This document shows, one piece after another, positions 26,534 through 35,764 of a stretch of 64,000 nt of DNA. The notes beneath the pieces were generated by a model, which made no database searches, had not been told where the DNA came from, and worked only from the letters and a program-made list of their open reading frames with translations. The DNA is from a bacterium (GTDB taxonomy: Bacteria > J088 > JAWLBW01). The translations under genes and the position numbers were made by a program. Each line of letters opens with the position of its first letter. The first letter of the stretch is position 1. The DNA is taken from contig JAWLHK010000008.1 in assembly GCA_041690355.1 (NCBI GenBank), forward strand, positions 7,374-71,373, given 5' to 3'.

Positions 26534-28056
26534 TCCGCTTCGGTACCCAGCAGGTACCCGGTAAGAACTTCGCGATCGGTTTCGACGCTGGCGGCGCTGG
26601 CCGTCACGTCGAGAAAAAGAATGCGCCCCGCATCGTGCTCCTGCGTGACGAAGGCGTGGCCCCCCGCCAGCGGCATGGCGCTCAGGAACAGCGGCTTCGC
26701 GTCGAGGGCATGGGCCGCGTGCAGGCCGTTGCGCAGCGAGAGGGTCACGAGGTAATCGGGTTTCTCTGTGGTGAGGAATGCAAAGTCGCCGTCGGGGCTG
26801 AAGGCGATGCCGTGGATGTCCCCCGCAAGTTCGATGGCCGGCGCATCGCCCGTGGCCAGGTCGAGCATCGACACGACAGGACCGCCCAACGCGCTGCTTC
26901 CGGCGCGGTGCACGATGAGCGCGCTGCGGCTGTCGGGAGCCGGGATCGCGGCCGCCACGGGGGCGACGAGCGGCACGTCGGTGATACTGTCGTCACCCGG
27001 ATCAAAGATTGCCACGGCCGACAGGTTCGCCGCCGCCGTGAAGAGAATGCCGCGCGAGCCGTCGGGGGTGAACTCGGTCTGGGCGTAGGGGTGCGGGCTG
27101 GTGACGGCCGCACTGAAGGTCACCTCCGTCGCGCCGACGGCGAAGCGGCGCAGCCGGTAGCGTGAAGGATTGCGATCCGAGACGTAGAGCACGTCGGCGT
27201 CGGCGCTCAGATCCATGTCGGTGGCCACGCTGTCGCCGGCCACTGAAGACGCAATGCCGTCGGCGAGGCGCACGGCCCGCACGCCGTTCCGGTCCGCTTC
27301 GCGGAAGAACGCCCAGCCGCCGTCGTTGGTGAGCAGCGCCTCTTCGAGCGTCCCGAAGGTCGACGTCGTGAAGGGGATCGGGCTCGCCGTCGCCGTCGCC
27401 AGATTGAGCAGCGTGCCCCGCGCGTCGGTAGCCGCCAGCGCCAGCGGCGTTCCATCGTTCCCCGTCGCGAGCACGATGGCGCGCGGCGCGAAGCCGAGGG
27501 CGCGCGAGACGACGCGCCCGGCCGCGATGTCGATGATCGAGACGACGTCGAGCGAGCGCGCCCCGCCGTCGACCGCGTCGCCGTCGAGCGCGGCCTTGTC
27601 GACGTAGCCGACCCCGAACCCCGACGGGTGAAAGACGATGTCGTTGACGTCGGCCGGGATGCGCACGTTCCGCAGATCTCCAGAGGCGGCGTCGAGGAGG
27701 CTCACCGTGTGGTCGCCGCGGTTGAGCACGAGCACATGCTGCGGCGTCGTGCGGATGATGCCCGGCTCGAGCCCGGTGCGGATCAGGCTGATTTCATGCG
27801 GCCGCGCCACCGAGATGCGCGATATGGAGTCGATGCTCGGATTGGCGACGTACAGGTACTCTTCGGTCACTCCGGGCGCGACGCCGAGAAAGGCGCGTGT
27901 GACGACCTCGGTTTCGGGCGGGAGCGTCGTATCCGTGACGTCGTCGCCGATGCCGCCCGGACGGCCGTCTCCCTCCACGGCGCTGTCGTAGGCGCCGGAG
28001 CAGGCGACCGAACCGAGCACGAACAGCAGTGCGCCGTGGAGCAGGGTCTTATTCAT
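26530..28056 (-). CDS. YVTN-family beta-propeller lipoprotein (paralog 1)
   Basis: Lipobox VACSG; YVANPSIDSISRI-type YVTN repeat; about 60% identical to the next gene. Confidence 0.6.
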   Translation of the reverse strand: MNKTLLHGALLFVLGSVACSGAYDSAVEGDGRPGGIGDDVTDTTLPPETEVVTRAFLGVAPGVTEEYLYVANPSIDSISRISVARPHEISLIRTGLEPGIIRTTPQHVLVLNRGDHTVSLLDAASGDLRNVRIPADVNDIVFHPSGFGVGYVDKAALDGDAVDGGARSLDVVSIIDIAAGRVVSRALGFAPRAIVLATGNDGTPLALAATDARGTLLNLATATASPIPFTTSTFGTLEEALLTNDGGWAFFREADRNGVRAVRLADGIASSVAGDSVATDMDLSADADVLYVSDRNPSRYRLRRFAVGATEVTFSAAVTSPHPYAQTEFTPDGSRGILFTAAANLSAVAIFDPGDDSITDVPLVAPVAAAIPAPDSRSALIVHRAGSSALGGPVVSMLDLATGDAPAIELAGDIHGIAFSPDGDFAFLTTEKPDYLVTLSLRNGLHAAHALDAKPLFLSAMPLAGGHAFVTQEHDAGRILFLDVTASAASVETDREVLTGYLLGTEAE

Positions 28057-29563
28057 CGTGCGTCCCCAGGAGATAGCCGGTCAGGATTTCGGTCTCGTGC
28101 TCGACGCTCGCCAGGGTGTCGGTCACGTCGAGAAACAGGATGCGGCCGGCGTCGTGTTCCTGCGTGACGAAGGCGTGACCCCCTGCGAGGGGCAGCACGC
28201 CGAGAAACAGCGGCGCCTCGCCGAGCGCTTCCGCTCGGTACAGGCCGTTGCGCAACGAGAGCGTGAGCAGGTAGTCGGGCGATTTCGTCGTGACGAAGGC
28301 GAAGGCGCCGTCGGGGCTGAAGGCGAGCCCGTGCAGATCGCCCTCGAGCTCGATGGCGGGCGCCTCGCCGGTGTCGAGGTTCAGCAGCGTGAGCGCCGCG
28401 CGGGAGAAGAAGCCGCCGGCGCCGTCTCCCTCGTGCGCGAGAATGGCCGTGCCGCTGTCGGGGGCCATCCACAGGGCGCTGACGGGGCGCACGACGGGAG
28501 CTTCGAGTACGCCGCCGTCTGCGGTCGCGAGGATGCCGACTCCGGCGACCGACCCGCCCCCGGCGAACAGCAGCGCGCGGGTGCCGTCGGGCGTGAGCTC
28601 CACCTGCGTATACGGAGTCGCGACCGTCACCGTGGTCACCGGGGTAATCGCGGCGGCCCCGACGGCATAACGGTGCAGGCGGAAGTCGTTGTCGGCCTCG
28701 GCCACGTAAAGCGAAGCGCCGTCGGGGCCAAGTTCCGCATCGCTGACGGTAATCCCGGCGGCCACCGTCGCCGCCTCGCCATTCGCCAGCCGGACGGCGC
28801 GCAACCCCTTGTTCCCCGCGAGGCGGAAAAGCGCCCAGGCGCCGTCGGGCGTGAGCAGGGCTTCTTCGATCTCCGGAAGCGAAGCCGACGTGAAGGGGAC
28901 CGGCGTCGCGGCAGCCGTGCGCAGGTCGAGAAGGGCTGCCCGGTTCTCGCCGGCAACAAGCGCCGTCCAGGTACCGGCGAACCGGATGGCCGCGGGCGCG
29001 AAGCCGAGGGCGCGCGAGACGGCCGTTCGACCCGGAATGTCGAGGGCCGTGATTACGTCGAGGGCGCGCGTGCCGCCGTCGAGGTCGGAGTCGGTCACGC
29101 GTTCGCGGTTCACGAAGCCGAGTGCATAGTTGCCGTGGTGGGCGACGTCGTTGATGTCCTTGGGCAGGCGCAGCGTGCGCACGCTGTGGTCGGCGCGGTG
29201 CACGAGGCTCACCGAATGTTCCCCCTCGTTCAGCACGAGCAGGTCGGTCGGCGTCGCGTGAATGAGTCCCGGCTCGAGCCCCGTGCGGATCAGATCGATG
29301 GTGTGCGGCCGGGCAATGCCGATGCGCGAGATGGAATCGAGGCTCGGATTGGCCACGTAGAGATATTCCTCGGTCACGGCCGGCGCGACGCCGAGAAAGT
29401 GCAGGCTCACGATCTCCGACTCCCGGGGGAGCGGCCCCCCCTGGCCTGCGGGGTCGGGGTCGACCAGGTCGTCGAGCCACTCGCGCGAGGCCGCGTCGCC
29501 GCAGGCAACCATGGCGACCAGCGAGGCCATGAGGATCGGGAGCAGACGGGGCAGTCGCGTCAT
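28049..29563 (-). CDS. YVTN-family beta-propeller lipoprotein (paralog 2)
   Basis: Start MTRLPRLLPILMASLVAMVACGD; shares the C-terminus AGGHAFVTQEHDAGRILFLDVT with paralog 1. Confidence 0.6.
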   Translation of the reverse strand: MTRLPRLLPILMASLVAMVACGDAASREWLDDLVDPDPAGQGGPLPRESEIVSLHFLGVAPAVTEEYLYVANPSLDSISRIGIARPHTIDLIRTGLEPGLIHATPTDLLVLNEGEHSVSLVHRADHSVRTLRLPKDINDVAHHGNYALGFVNRERVTDSDLDGGTRALDVITALDIPGRTAVSRALGFAPAAIRFAGTWTALVAGENRAALLDLRTAAATPVPFTSASLPEIEEALLTPDGAWALFRLAGNKGLRAVRLANGEAATVAAGITVSDAELGPDGASLYVAEADNDFRLHRYAVGAAAITPVTTVTVATPYTQVELTPDGTRALLFAGGGSVAGVGILATADGGVLEAPVVRPVSALWMAPDSGTAILAHEGDGAGGFFSRAALTLLNLDTGEAPAIELEGDLHGLAFSPDGAFAFVTTKSPDYLLTLSLRNGLYRAEALGEAPLFLGVLPLAGGHAFVTQEHDAGRILFLDVTDTLASVEHETEILTGYLLGTHDE

Positions 29564-29809
29564 ACGGAATTCCTCGAGAAAGCGGAATGGATCCGGTTCG
29601 CCCGGTTCGCGGAGCAAGAAGCATACCATAGTCCATCGCTGAGCCTCACGCTTGGGGTAAGGGCGGATCCAGGCCTGGAATCCGGAGGGTGGAATGCGGA
29701 ATGGCCGGTCCCTGTACGACATTGGTGTCACAGAGGCAGGCGGAAGAAGGGCTTGCGCATTTAACGCAATGCGTCAATAATATGGGCAGGTCCCGGTTGG
29801 AGGATATGC

Positions 29810-30235
29810 ATGGTCGAGGTTGCGAATCGTGTGGGTCGGCTTGTCGAAATCCGGGCGTCTGCCGCCATCGGGGTGACCGACGCTGCGTCTTTCGAACGCG
29901 AGGTGCGCGACAGAATCCGCTTGGAGACACAGCGCGTGGTCGTCGCCGTCGACCTGACACGCATGCGGATTCTTTCGAACGAGCTGGCCGATCGCCTGCT
30001 CGTCGCCATGAAGGCCGACAACCTGCAGATGGAGCGGGCCGGCTTTCTGATCTCGCCCGAGAGCGCCTCGCTCGAAATGCAGTTCGAGCGCCTGATACGC
30101 GAGGCGGGTTCGGCCCAGCGCCGGCTCTTCTTTTCGCCCGAGGCGCTCAGTTCATGGCTGGGCGAGGTGTTGACCCTGTCGGAGAAGACCCGTCTCGAGT
30201 TCTTTCTGCGCGAGCCCCTGCGCCCGGCGGCCTAG
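29810..30235 (+). CDS. Hypothetical protein, weakly STAS/anti-sigma-antagonist-like
   Basis: 141-aa ORF, divergent from the lipoprotein cluster; only weak pattern similarity. Confidence 0.4.
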   Translation: MVEVANRVGRLVEIRASAAIGVTDAASFEREVRDRIRLETQRVVVAVDLTRMRILSNELADRLLVAMKADNLQMERAGFLISPESASLEMQFERLIREAGSAQRRLFFSPEALSSWLGEVLTLSEKTRLEFFLREPLRPAA

Positions 30236-30748
30236 CGCCACCTGGTACGCAAATGGAGCGGATTGTAGATTGCAGATCGGTCTTGTCCAAAACAGGTTCA
30301 TCGCGTGACCGTTCGCCCTGAGGAGCCGGGCCATGGGAATCGGAAATCAACTTGGCGGCATGGTCTCGCAAGGGTGACGTCGGCGGCGTCTCGAAGGGCC
30401 AGCGCCGCATGAACAGCGTGCTCGAGAACCGGAACCTCACTGGGTGCTCCTGCTACGAGTAAGGTCGCGAAGACCTTCTGGCCCCTCGGCACGCTCGCGG
30501 CGAATGGTTATCCATAAGCGAACGAGGGCCCCAACCTGATTCATGGGAACAACGGGCACGAAGGCAAACCACACGGAATCTCACGGTTTCCGTCGGGCAC
30601 AAAAGCGCTTTCTGGATGCAGTGATTGCAAAGGGCAGATCCCTTGGGCCGCTGCTCGAAGGTGACCGTTCCCCACGCCAACCCTTGCTTTCCCCGCGCCC
30701 GGCGTCCACCGACCAGCGCCCGGAGCGCACCCGCGCACGCTGCCGGAA

Positions 30749-30784
30749 TAATCTGGTCTGGTCAATATAGGAACTGACCAGATT
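30749..30784. promoter_or_regulatory. Inverted repeat AATCTGGTC-N18-GACCAGATT immediately upstream of the phd/vapC pair (candidate autoregulatory operator)
   Basis: Direct reading, about 20 nt upstream of the antitoxin ATG. Confidence 0.4.
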
Positions 30785-30801
30785 ATGTTAGACTGAAGTC
30801 C

Positions 30802-31035
30802 ATGAAGAAAGCCGGCATCTACGAAGCCAAGACACGCCTGTCTGAATTGATTCGCGACGTTCGTCGCGGCGAAGAGGTGACAATTCTCGACCGCGGTAAA
30901 CCCGTTGCCCGGTTGGTTCCCCTCGAAAAGCCGACGCACACCGATGCCGTGACCCGTTTTCGGAACCTGCGCGCCGAAGCCCGGACGGTCACGCAGGCCG
31001 AGGTTCGCGAGTGGATCTCCGCCGGGCGCAAATGA
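30802..31035 (+). CDS. Phd/YefM family antitoxin
   Basis: MKKAGIYEAKTRLSELIRDVRRGEEVTILDRGKPVARLVP matches the Phd/YefM pattern. Confidence 0.75.
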   Translation: MKKAGIYEAKTRLSELIRDVRRGEEVTILDRGKPVARLVPLEKPTHTDAVTRFRNLRAEARTVTQAEVREWISAGRK

Positions 31036-31460
31036 CGCCTGTCGTGCTGGATGCGTCAGCCGCCGCCAACTTCCTCCTCCCGGATGAGAGCAATACCTAT
31101 GGCGAGAAGGTGCTGCAGTACCTGGAGCGGTTCGGGGGCGTGGTGCCCACGCTCTGGGATTATGAAATCGGTAATGTCCTGACCATGGCCCTGCGCAGGA
31201 AGCGCATCGATCGCAGATTCAGGGATGTCGCCGTGTCTCTGCTTCTCGATCTTCCGCTCACGTACTGGAATCGCGGCGGCGCGGGCGCCCTTCTCCATGC
31301 GCCGCAGATCTGCGACCTCGCCGAACGGCTCTCGCTCAGCTTCTATGCCGCGAGCTATCTCTATGTCGCCAAGGTCGAAGACTTGCCGCTTGCGACCCTG
31401 GATACCGGATTGCGTACGGCGGCCCGCCGCAGCAAAGTCACCGTCTTCGCGGGTGATTAA
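31032..31460 (+). CDS. vapC: VapC PIN-domain toxin (intact)
   Basis: Start MTPVVLDASAAANFLL (PIN Asp1); conserved D residues; ATGA overlap with the antitoxin. Confidence 0.75.
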   Translation: MTPVVLDASAAANFLLPDESNTYGEKVLQYLERFGGVVPTLWDYEIGNVLTMALRRKRIDRRFRDVAVSLLLDLPLTYWNRGGAGALLHAPQICDLAERLSLSFYAASYLYVAKVEDLPLATLDTGLRTAARRSKVTVFAGD

Positions 31461-31472
31461 TCGGGAAGGCTG

Positions 31473-32042
31473 TCAGCGGCCGCCCTCGTCGTCGCGTCGC
31501 TCGCGCAGTTCGCGGAAGAACGTGCGCAGCGCGTGGCTGCAGGGTTCCTGCAGAACCCCCTCGGTGATCGACACCTTGTGGTTCAGGGGAAACTCATTCA
31601 GGTTCGCGAGCGAACCGAAGGCCCCCGCTTTGGGATCGCGGCAGCCGTAGACCACCCGATCGATTCGCGCCAGGATGATGGCGCCCGCGCACATGAAGCA
31701 CGGCTCGAGGGTCACGTAGAGGGTCGTGCCGGTGAGCCGCCAGGCGCCGAGCTTCCGGCTCGCCTCGCGGATGGCAATCAGCTCCGCATGCGCCAGCGGG
31801 TCGGCTTCGCTCTCGCGCAGATTGTGGCCGCGGCCGACGATTTCACCCTCGCGCACGAGCACGGCCCCGATGGGCACCTCGCCCTTCGCGCGCGCCGCGG
31901 CCGCTTCGTCGAGCGCCGCCTGCATCCACCGGCAGTCTTCGGCAGAACCGGCGGCTTCGGCGTCAGCAATGCCTGCGGCTTCCCCGCGCGAGGCAGGCGC
32001 GAGGGGGTCCTGTTCGGGGGAATCTGGATCGGGCCGGCTCAC
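31473..32042 (-). CDS. tadA: tRNA-specific adenosine(34) deaminase
   Basis: CMP/dCMP deaminase zinc motifs HAELIAI and PCFMCAGAI. Confidence 0.8.
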   Translation of the reverse strand: MSRPDPDSPEQDPLAPASRGEAAGIADAEAAGSAEDCRWMQAALDEAAAARAKGEVPIGAVLVREGEIVGRGHNLRESEADPLAHAELIAIREASRKLGAWRLTGTTLYVTLEPCFMCAGAIILARIDRVVYGCRDPKAGAFGSLANLNEFPLNHKVSITEGVLQEPCSHALRTFFRELRERRDDEGGR

Positions 32043-32092
32043 GCGAAGTACGGTACCACACGCGGCGCCGGGGCGGGAGTCGCCGGGGGGGA

Positions 32093-32130
32093 CGAAAAAA
32101 GGGGACCGGTCCGACCGGACCGGCCCCCCT
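32093..32130 (-). terminator. Rho-independent terminator (GGGGGCCGGTCCG-loop-CGGACCGGTCCCC followed by TTTTTT on the minus strand) ending the small-ORF array before tadA
   Basis: Direct reading of the GC-rich stem plus T-run on the minus strand. Confidence 0.55.
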
Positions 32131-32150
32131 CGTCCTTAGGAAGGACGGAC

Positions 32151-32228
32151 TTACTGCGGATCGACGATCTGGGTGACCAGCGTGATCGCGCGGACTTCCT
32201 TCTTGACGAACAGCGGCTTGTTGTACAT
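32151..32228 (-). CDS. Small ORF 1 of a tandem triplet: 25 aa, MYNKPLFVKKEVRAITLVTQIVDPQ
   Basis: ATG preceded by AAAGGGA SD; not in ORF track (<60 aa); paralogous to the next two ORFs with synonymous third-position changes. Confidence 0.6.
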   Translation of the reverse strand: MYNKPLFVKKEVRAITLVTQIVDPQ

Positions 32229-32324
32229 GGGATATCCCTTTGTCATGATGGTTGAACGGCCGGGGAGCTGCCCTGTAAGGCCGGTCCGCCGCGAGCGACG
32301 GACCGGCACCCTATCGTTTTCCCG

Positions 32325-32411
32325 TTACTGCGGATCGACGATCTGGTCGACCGGGGTCACCAGCGTGATCTTGCGAACGAGCTTCTTGGCGATGGCGGGT
32401 TTGCTGTACAT
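32325..32411 (-). CDS. Small ORF 2: 28 aa, MYSKPAIAKKLVRKITLVTPVDQIVDPQ
   Basis: GAGGAGTG SD; upstream hairpin; 3-codon insertion relative to copies 1 and 3. Confidence 0.6.
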   Translation of the reverse strand: MYSKPAIAKKLVRKITLVTPVDQIVDPQ

Positions 32412-32475
32412 GGCTCACTCCTCGGTAAGCATAGGTTACGAATGGTTTCGCCGTCCCGAAGGACGGCGAACCGGG

Positions 32476-32553
32476 TTACTGCGGATCGACGATCTGGGTG
32501 ACGAGCGTGATCTCGCGAACGACCTTCTTGGCGAACATGGGCTTGTTGTACAT
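32476..32553 (-). CDS. Small ORF 3: 25 aa, MYNKPMFAKKVVREITLVTQIVDPQ
   Basis: GGAGGA SD; same conserved termini as the other two copies. Confidence 0.6.
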   Translation of the reverse strand: MYNKPMFAKKVVREITLVTQIVDPQ

Positions 32554-32741
32554 GTGATCCTCCAACGAGTGAGGTTACGATGAGTGCGAACGCCGGTTTA
32601 CCCTGCGCTCACACTTCCACCGTAGCATTGCTCAACCGGAGGCAAGTCTCCGGGCGGTGACGAAGACCCCGGGGGGGTTGACAACCTGGAGCACGGCCCG
32701 CAAGGAAAACGCGGGGCGGGGGGAGCCGTCCGGAGCGGACT

Positions 32742-34877
32742 TCAGGCGTAGGGAAGGCTGAGGGTGAAGGTCGAACCGCTGCCGACTTCGCTCTCGACCA
32801 CGAGGCGGCCGCCATGGGCCTCGGCAAGACTGCGGGCGATGTACAGCCCGAGCCCGAGGCCCGAGATGCGCTCGAGATCGGGCGAGCGAAAGAATTTCTC
32901 GAAGATCCGCTCCCGGTGTTCGGGTTCGATGCCGGGCCCATGGTCGCGCACGCTCACCTGATAGAAGCGCTCCCCCGCCCGGCCTTCCAGATCGATCGGA
33001 AGTCCGCCGCCGTACTTGCCCGCGTTCGTAATGAGATTCGTAAGGATCCGATCGAGCGCCTGCGGGTCGGCCGTCATGTCGCGCTCGTCGGCGCGAACCA
33101 GCCGCAGGCTCACCCGGCCGCCGAATCGCGCCGGCAGTTCGCGCAGCAGATCGGCGATGGCCACGCGCTCGCGCTGCAGCGTGATGCGGGCACCGTCGAA
33201 CCGGCTGGCACCCAGCAGGTTGTCGACCTGGCCTGTCAGCCGCGCGACTGCCTGGCGGGCTGCGTCGAGGGCGGCGCTCACCGATTCCGCCGTCGAACCC
33301 GGCCGCAGAAGGGCGCGTTCGGCCAGGTCGAGCTGCAGCTGTACGGTCGTGATCGGCGTCTTCAGTTCGTGGGAGGCGACGGCAATGAACTCTTCGCGCA
33401 GGCGCACGGTCTCCTGCACTTCGGCGAGCAGCCGCGCGTTCTGGAGGATGACCGCCGCGCGATCGCAGACGTCCTGGAGCAGCGTCAGATCTTCGCGATC
33501 GAAAACCCATCCCTCGGCGGTGCGCACCACGGTGACGACCCCGCGGGCGCCGTCGGCCGTCTGCAGGGGCACGGCCAGCAGGCCGCGCACCCGGACGCCT
33601 TCTCCGGAATCGCTCGGATCCGAGGGGATTCGAAAGGCCTCTTTCTCGGTGAGCGCCGGGAGAAACACCGCTTCGCCGCCGTTCAGCACGCGGGCAATCG
33701 GCTCCAGGCTGGCCCCGTGGGCCGGCGCCTCGGCCTCCATCCGCTCCAGAAGCGCGGCGACTTCGGGCCGGCTGTGCGCGATCGCGACGGAATGCAGAAT
33801 TCCCCCCTCGCCGGGAATGCGCACGCAGCACCCGTCGCCCAACCCGTGGGCCAGATGCTCGGCCAGAAGGCGGTAGATGCGGGACGGATCCCCCTCATGC
33901 CGCGAAAACGCATCCGAAATCTGCACGAGAACTTCGAGCCGCCGGGTTGCCCGTGCCTCTCTCTGTTGCAGCCGGCCGCGATCGAGGGCCTGGCCGATCT
34001 GGAGGCTTACGAGCGTGAGAAACTGACGGACCGAGTCGTCGAGCGGCCCATGCCCGGGCAGCGACAGCACAAGGCAGCCGAGGACCCGCTCACCGGCGAG
34101 CAGCGGATACCAGCCGAGTGCCGTATCCACGGCGATGGGCGGCAGGTGGGGAAAACGTTCGCCCCACGCGCCGGCGTCGTCGACCCAGACCGGCTGACGG
34201 CCTTCGACGCACATCCAGGCCGGCAGCGACGGGTCGTGCGCTACCTCGCGCCAGGGGAGCATGGCGCTGTCGGGCACGCCGACGAAGTCGAGCAGGGTAA
34301 GAGCCTGCCCGCTCTCGTCGAGCCCGAAGAGGATGACCGAACCGGCCTGCACCGCGTAGCGGATCTCGGCGAGAACCTTGTGTGCCGCGTCGCCTGGGTT
34401 TCCGGAAGCCGCAAATGCTCCGGATATCCCGGAGAGGGCCGCATTGAAAGCCTCCTGCCGCACGAGCTGGGTGACGTCGTTGACGAGCAGAAAAATGCCG
34501 GCCACGTCTTCCTGCGGACGGTGGGGGACCCACGTTGCATTGATCCACCGCAGGCCCGCGCCGTCGTAAAACACCCGCGACTGGTGGTTGACGAACTCTC
34601 CGGCGAGGGCCCGCTGCAGGTAGGGGAGCAGTTGCCGGTAGGCTTCGTCGCCCACGACACTGCGCAGGTCGCTGTCGATGAACTCGCCGTGCGGGCGTCG
34701 GAACCAGGTTTCGTGCGCCCGGTTGACGAAATGAAACCGTTCTTCGGCGTCGAGATAGGCGATGAGCGACGGCAGTTCGTCGGCAATCGCATTGAGGCTT
34801 TCCAGTGCGCGCACAGGCCCCTCCTGGCTTGCGAGCAGGAACTCGACGGCGGCGCAACCCGTTCGTGCCGCCGGCAA
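32742..34877 (-). CDS. PAS/GAF multi-sensor histidine kinase (no adjacent response regulator)
   Basis: PAS-like and GAF-like regions; H-box VASHELKTPI; HATPase motifs (GLGLGLYIARSLAEAHGG). Confidence 0.85.
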   Translation of the reverse strand: MPAARTGCAAVEFLLASQEGPVRALESLNAIADELPSLIAYLDAEERFHFVNRAHETWFRRPHGEFIDSDLRSVVGDEAYRQLLPYLQRALAGEFVNHQSRVFYDGAGLRWINATWVPHRPQEDVAGIFLLVNDVTQLVRQEAFNAALSGISGAFAASGNPGDAAHKVLAEIRYAVQAGSVILFGLDESGQALTLLDFVGVPDSAMLPWREVAHDPSLPAWMCVEGRQPVWVDDAGAWGERFPHLPPIAVDTALGWYPLLAGERVLGCLVLSLPGHGPLDDSVRQFLTLVSLQIGQALDRGRLQQREARATRRLEVLVQISDAFSRHEGDPSRIYRLLAEHLAHGLGDGCCVRIPGEGGILHSVAIAHSRPEVAALLERMEAEAPAHGASLEPIARVLNGGEAVFLPALTEKEAFRIPSDPSDSGEGVRVRGLLAVPLQTADGARGVVTVVRTAEGWVFDREDLTLLQDVCDRAAVILQNARLLAEVQETVRLREEFIAVASHELKTPITTVQLQLDLAERALLRPGSTAESVSAALDAARQAVARLTGQVDNLLGASRFDGARITLQRERVAIADLLRELPARFGGRVSLRLVRADERDMTADPQALDRILTNLITNAGKYGGGLPIDLEGRAGERFYQVSVRDHGPGIEPEHRERIFEKFFRSPDLERISGLGLGLYIARSLAEAHGGRLVVESEVGSGSTFTLSLPYA

Positions 34878-34886
34878 CGCTTTCGG

Positions 34887-35489
34887 TCAGGGGGCGAGCC
34901 GCTCCCTCTGCCAGTGCCCTTCAGGCGACTTCCGGTACAGGAATCGATCGTGCAGGCGCCCCTCGCCGCGCTGCCAGAACTCGAGGGCGGCCGGCCGCAC
35001 CAGGTATCCGCCCCAATGCGGCGGACGGGGAACTTCGCTGCCCGCGAAACGCGCTTCCTGTTCCGCATACGTCTTCAGCAGGAACGCGCGGTCGGGGATG
35101 GTTCGGCTCTGCGGCGAGGTCCACGCCCCGATCTGGCTCATGCGCGGCCGCGTGCGGAAGTAGGCGTCGGAGGTCTCGGCCGCGACCTTCTCGGCGATCC
35201 CGCGGATGCGCACCTGGCGGTCGGTCTTGGGCCAGAAGAAATTCAGGGCCACGCGCGGATTTTCGGCCAGGGCGCGCCCCTTGTCGCTCTCATAATTCGT
35301 GTAGAAGCTGAACCCGTCGGCGGTCACGTCCTTGAGCAGCACGACGCGCGACGAAGGTTGGCCCTCGGCATCGGCGGTGGCGAGGATCATGGCCTCGGGC
35401 TCTTCCATCCCCGTCGCCTGCGCGTCGGCGAACCAGAGCCGGAACTGTTCGATGGGATCCGCGAGCATGAGTGTGGGATCGAGCGACAT
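34887..35489 (-). CDS. pdxH: Pyridoxamine 5'-phosphate oxidase
   Basis: Characteristic PNPOx sequence (RVVLLKDV..FYTNYESDKGRALAENPRVAL..FWQ). Confidence 0.85.
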   Translation of the reverse strand: MSLDPTLMLADPIEQFRLWFADAQATGMEEPEAMILATADAEGQPSSRVVLLKDVTADGFSFYTNYESDKGRALAENPRVALNFFWPKTDRQVRIRGIAEKVAAETSDAYFRTRPRMSQIGAWTSPQSRTIPDRAFLLKTYAEQEARFAGSEVPRPPHWGGYLVRPAALEFWQRGEGRLHDRFLYRKSPEGHWQRERLAP

Positions 35490-35494
35490 ACTTG

Positions 35495-35700
35495 AAGTGA
35501 CGAGTGACGAGAATTTACGATTTACGATTGACGATTTGAGGAAAGTGACGAGTTACAAGTGACGAGTGACGAGTTTTCCGGCAAGGACCTGGGCGTCCTT
35601 GTTCTTGCCGGTCAGCGCTTGGCGCTCGGCGCTCAGCGCTCGGTCCTGCCTCTCAGGAATCAAGAATCAGGAATCCGGAATTCATTGTATGCGTTTGCGC
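35495..35700. repeat. Full composite intergenic element: (GTGACGA)n (TTTACGA)n (GTKACGA)n, hairpin core TTTCCGGCAAGG...CCTTG..CTTGCCGG, GCGCTYGGCGCT blocks, (CAGGAAT)n
   Basis: Direct reading; homologous to 19459-19665, 36598-36700, 39813-39915 and 55735-55830. Confidence 0.65.
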
Positions 35701-35764
35701 AACAGGCGGCCAGCCGACCGGCCTCGTACAGATGCTGTCTGATTGCCGCCGTAGACTGGGGGGC

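Noticed and set aside
28058-29764. 568-aa plus-strand ORF
   Set aside because: Antisense to a lipoprotein paralog. Low-complexity.
32173-32583. 136-aa plus-strand ORF spanning the small-ORF array
   Set aside because: Antisense artefact. Conservation pattern (synonymous third-position changes, individual SDs) supports the three minus-strand 25-28-aa ORFs instead.
32814-35495. 893-aa plus-strand ORF
   Set aside because: Lies antisense across the PAS/GAF histidine kinase and pdxH, which have clear motifs. Arg/Gly-rich artefact.
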